Part shown: piece after piece, positions 60,519 through 64,000 of the stretch
Layout: every line of letters starts with the position of its first letter
Numbering within the stretch: position 1 is the stretch's first letter
From: an uncultured delta proteobacterium
GTDB taxonomy: Bacteria; Desulfobacterota; Binatia; Binatales; Binataceae
Reading direction: 5' to 3'
DNA: 64,000 bases
Assembly (NCBI GenBank): GCA_963794325.1
Contig: CAWCDG010000007.1
Span: 307,447-371,446, forward strand
Program-made: the position numbers and the translations under genes
The notes under the pieces: model-generated
The model's database searches: none
The model's input: the letters and a program-made list of their open reading frames with translations, nothing else
What the model was told of the DNA's origin: nothing

Positions 60519-61535
60519 ATGCAAATGGGAATGGTCGGCCTCGGCCGAATGGGTGCGAACATGGTGCGGCGCCTTTTGCGCGGCGGTCACGAATGCGTCG
60601 TGTTCGACGTGAGCGCCAAAGCGGTCAAGGAACTGGCGAAGGAGGGCGCGATCGGGGCGTCGTCGCTGGACGATTTCGCCGCCAAGCTCAAGCTGCCGCG
60701 GGTCGCGTGGATGATGGTGCCGGCGGCGGTGGTCGAGCAGACGGTCGCGGACCTGTCGAGCCGATTCCAGCGCGACGACATCATCGTTGACGGCGGCAAT
60801 TCATACTACATCGACGACATCCGGCGCGCCGAAACGCTCGCGGCGAAGGGGATTCATTACGTTGATTCGGGCACCAGCGGCGGCGTGTGGGGACTTGAGC
60901 GCGGATTTTGCCAGATGATCGGCGGCGAGCCGCAAGTCATCAAGCATCTCGATCCGATCTTTGCGACGCTCGCACCGCCGATCGATTCCGCGCCGCGCAC
61001 TGCCGGACGCGAGAAGGTCAAGGGCAGCACCGCCGAGCACGGCTACCTGCATTGCGGGCCGAACGGCGCGGGCCATTTCGTGAAGATGGTTCACAACGGA
61101 ATCGAGTACGGGATCATGGCGGCGTACGCGGAGGGGATGAACATCCTGAAGAACGCGAACGTCGGCAAGCAGACGCACGCGGTCGATGCGGAGACCACGC
61201 CGCTGCGCAATCCGAAACTCTACCAGTACGATTTCAATCTGACCGATGTCGCCGAGGTCTGGCGGCGCGGCAGTGTGATTGCATCGTGGCTGTTGGACCT
61301 GGTCGCAGACGCGATGCTCGGCGATCCGGAGCTTAAGAAATTCGCGGGACGCGTGTCGGACTCGGGCGAAGGCCGATGGACGATCGACGCGGCGATCGAC
61401 GAAGGCGTCCCGGCGCACGTGCTCACGGCAGCGCTCTACGAACGTTTCGACTCGCGCGGAGCTGCCGATTTTGCGGACAAGCTGCTGTCCGCGATGCGTT
61501 ACGAATTCGGCGGACACGTCGAGAAGAAAGCCTAG
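60519..61535 (+). CDS. gnd: 6-phosphogluconate dehydrogenase (short decarboxylating type)
   Basis: GLGRMG, DSGTSGGVWG, GHFVKMVHNGIEYG and SDSGEGRWT. Confidence 0.95.
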   Translation: MQMGMVGLGRMGANMVRRLLRGGHECVVFDVSAKAVKELAKEGAIGASSLDDFAAKLKLPRVAWMMVPAAVVEQTVADLSSRFQRDDIIVDGGNSYYIDDIRRAETLAAKGIHYVDSGTSGGVWGLERGFCQMIGGEPQVIKHLDPIFATLAPPIDSAPRTAGREKVKGSTAEHGYLHCGPNGAGHFVKMVHNGIEYGIMAAYAEGMNILKNANVGKQTHAVDAETTPLRNPKLYQYDFNLTDVAEVWRRGSVIASWLLDLVADAMLGDPELKKFAGRVSDSGEGRWTIDAAIDEGVPAHVLTAALYERFDSRGAADFADKLLSAMRYEFGGHVEKKA

Positions 61536-61547
61536 CAGGCGATCACG

Positions 61548-63083
61548 ATGCCGAATTCAGCACCAACGCACGCATCCAGCAACGTTGTTCGTCGGCGGCC
61601 CGGAGATCCGTGCGTGTTCGTGATCTTCGGCGGGACCGGCGACCTGACCAAGCGGCTGTTGATACCGTCGCTGTACAATCTGCTCGCCGACAAACTGCTG
61701 CCCGACAAGTTCGCGATCATCGGCGTCAGCAACGTGAAGTTGAGTTCCGAGGATTTCCGCAAGCAGCTCGGCGACGAGGTCGGTCAATTCACGACGACCA
61801 AATTGAATCCCGAGCTCTGGAAATGGTTCGACCAGCGCATCTCGTACATGTCGGGCGACTTCGCTGATCCGGCGATGTATCAGCGGCTCAAGTCGGAGCT
61901 CGAGACCGCCGACAAAGCGCACGGCACGCCGGGGAACTACCTCTTCTACACCGCGGTGTCGCCAAGTTTCTTCGGCGAGATCGTAAAACAACTGGCTGCT
62001 GCCGGACTCACCAAGGAACCTGATGGTCATTGGCGAAGAGTGATTATCGAGAAGCCGTTCGGTCACGATTTGGAATCGGCGAATGCGCTCAATAGCGAGA
62101 TTGGCGCGTGCCTGAACGAGCATCAGATCTACCGAATCGATCACTATCTCGGCAAAGAAACCGTCCAGAACATCATGGCGTTTCGCTTCGGCAACGGCAT
62201 CTTCGAACCGCTGTGGAACAACAATTATATCGATCACGTGCAAATCACCGTGGCGGAAACCGTCGGCGTCGAGCATCGCGGCGCGTTCTATGAAGTGACC
62301 GGCGCGCTGCGCGACATGGTGCCGAATCACATCCTGGCGCTGGTCTCGCTCACTGCCATGGAACCGCCGAATTCGTTCGACTCCGAACCGGTGCGCGATG
62401 AGAAGACCAAGGCGCTGCGCGCAATCCGTCCGCTCAAACCCGAGGACGTCCCGAAATGGGCGGTGCGCGGACAGTACGGAGCCGGCGCTCTCGAAGGCAA
62501 GCCGGTGCCGGGCTATCGCGAGGAGCCGCAAGTCGATCCCAAATCCGGCACCGGGACTTACGTCGCGCTGAAGCTCTCGATCGACAATTGGCGATGGTCG
62601 GGCGTGCCGTTCTACTTGCGCACGGGAAAGCGGATGGCGAAGCGCCTCACCGAAATCGCGATCAGGTTCAAGGCGCCGCCGCTGCTGCTGTTCCGGCAGA
62701 TGGGCGTGAAGCACCTGGCGCAGAACGAACTCGTCATGCATCTCCAGCCCGACGAAGGTATCTCACTGAGCTTCAGCGCCAAGATTCCCGGACCCGTGGT
62801 CAAGCTCGGCGGCGTCGATATGAATTTCAAGTACGCGGATTACTTCGGCGCCCCGCCGAGCATCGGCTACGAGACGCTGCTGCTCGATTGCATGATTGGC
62901 GATCCAACGTTGTTCCAGCGCGCCGACACGGTGGACGCGGGATGGCGCGTGGTCGATCCGATCCTGGACGCGTGGAAGGCTACCCCGGCGACCGACTTCC
63001 CCAACTACGCGGCCGGTTCGTGGGGACCGAGCGCGGCAGACGATCTGCTCAAACGCGACGGCCGCAAATGGAGAGAGAGCTGA
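61548..63083 (+). CDS. zwf: Glucose-6-phosphate 1-dehydrogenase
   Basis: [26 protein letters not shown] and [13 protein letters not shown]. Confidence 0.97.
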   Translation: MPNSAPTHASSNVVRRRPGDPCVFVIFGGTGDLTKRLLIPSLYNLLADKLLPDKFAIIGVSNVKLSSEDFRKQLGDEVGQFTTTKLNPELWKWFDQRISYMSGDFADPAMYQRLKSELETADKAHGTPGNYLFYTAVSPSFFGEIVKQLAAAGLTKEPDGHWRRVIIEKPFGHDLESANALNSEIGACLNEHQIYRIDHYLGKETVQNIMAFRFGNGIFEPLWNNNYIDHVQITVAETVGVEHRGAFYEVTGALRDMVPNHILALVSLTAMEPPNSFDSEPVRDEKTKALRAIRPLKPEDVPKWAVRGQYGAGALEGKPVPGYREEPQVDPKSGTGTYVALKLSIDNWRWSGVPFYLRTGKRMAKRLTEIAIRFKAPPLLLFRQMGVKHLAQNELVMHLQPDEGISLSFSAKIPGPVVKLGGVDMNFKYADYFGAPPSIGYETLLLDCMIGDPTLFQRADTVDAGWRVVDPILDAWKATPATDFPNYAAGSWGPSAADDLLKRDGRKWRES

Positions 63084-63085
63084 AG

Positions 63086-63949
63086 ATGATATCGCTGCGC
63101 GAAGTGTTGAAGAAGGCGGAGGCCGACAAAGTCGCCGTCGGTCATTTCAATTTTTCGGACCTGGTCGCATTCAATGCGATCGTAGCAGCTGCGCGCGACA
63201 AGAAGCTCCCCGTGATGGTTGGCGTGTCGGAAGGCGAGCGCGAGTTCACCGGCGTTCGCCAGGCCGCCGCGCTGGTGAAGGCGGTTCGCGACGAGTACAA
63301 CTACCCGATTTTTCTGAATGCCGATCATACTCACTCGATTGCAAACGCCGAGGCGGCGGCGAAAGCCGGCTTCGACGAAGTAATCTTCGACGGGTCGGGA
63401 CTAACCTTCGAGGAAAATATCAAGCAGACCAGGAAAGCGATCGAGGCAATCAAATCGATCAACCCGGCGATTCTGGTCGAGGGCGAGATCGGATGATCGG
63501 CGCATCATCGGCGGTAATCGACAAGGTCCCGGAAGGCGTTGGAATTCTCACCACTCCCGAGGAGGCGAAGCAATTCGTCGATGCGACCAAAGTCGACGTG
63601 CTCGCGCCGGCGGTGGGAACATGCACGGGATGCTCGAAAGCATGGTTCACGGCAACGTTCAGAAGCGGCTGAATATCGAGAGGATCGCGGAGATCGAGGC
63701 CGCGGCGAAATCTTCATGACGCTGCACGGCGGGTCGGGGACCAACGACGACGATTTCAAGCGCGCGATCAAAGCCGGCATGACGATCGTCCACGTCAACA
63801 CCGAAATCCGGATCGCGTGGCGGCGGGGAGTCGAAGCAGGCCTCGCTGCGGAGCCGAATGAAGTGGCGCCCTACAAGATTCTGAAGCCGGCGGTCGAGGC
63901 GGTTAAGAAGGTGGTTAGTTCGCGGCTCGAGCTGTTCAGCTCGAAATGA
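63086..63949 (+). pseudogene. fba: Class II fructose-bisphosphate aldolase with three -1 indels (about 63492, 63618 and 63708)
   Basis: AVGHFN, LNADH, FDGS, VEGEIG | TTPEEA..FV | NMHG | LHGGSG and VHVNTE lie in successively shifted frames. Confidence 0.88.
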
Positions 63950-64000
63950 CGGGCTATTTGGCCCAGCCCTTTTCGTACGGTGCCGACATCCGGCCAATCG

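Noticed and set aside
63494-63496. Selenocysteine or readthrough at the TGA in fba
   Set aside because: The downstream homology is in another frame, so it is an indel

Overview
GC-rich bacterial chromosomal window, mostly core and metabolic genes, with no phage, transposase or CRISPR array. The 16S sequence and the lipid/aromatic catabolic paralogs suggest a soil lineage such as Ca. Binatota (inference, not a database result). Contents: GT-C-type membrane glycosyltransferase genes with aroG, a complete rrn operon (16S-tRNAIle-tRNAAla-23S-5S), peptidase/GNAT/transglutaminase genes and a prkA(yeaG)-yeaH-spoVR operon ending in an extra Zn-ribbon microgene. Further on are a DUF5678-like/retropepsin gene pair, tandem amidases, a CADD-type pABA synthase homolog and two tandem secreted trypsin-like proteases. 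Each protease has a sigma54-type promoter, and the second seems to start at ACG. The rest holds a beta-propeller/Ig surface protein, acyl-CoA catabolic genes, a GH5, DUF748, a HiPIP-like microprotein, a hybrid kinase, tandem secreted paralogs sharing a promoter motif, cobQ and gnd-zwf-fba. Single-base indels in three genes look like long-read assembly errors. Best candidates for undescribed biology: the four-gene prkA operon with its repeat-containing spacer, the sigma54 protease duplicate with a C-terminal prodomain-like module, the DUF5678/retropepsin pair and the HiPIP-like protein.
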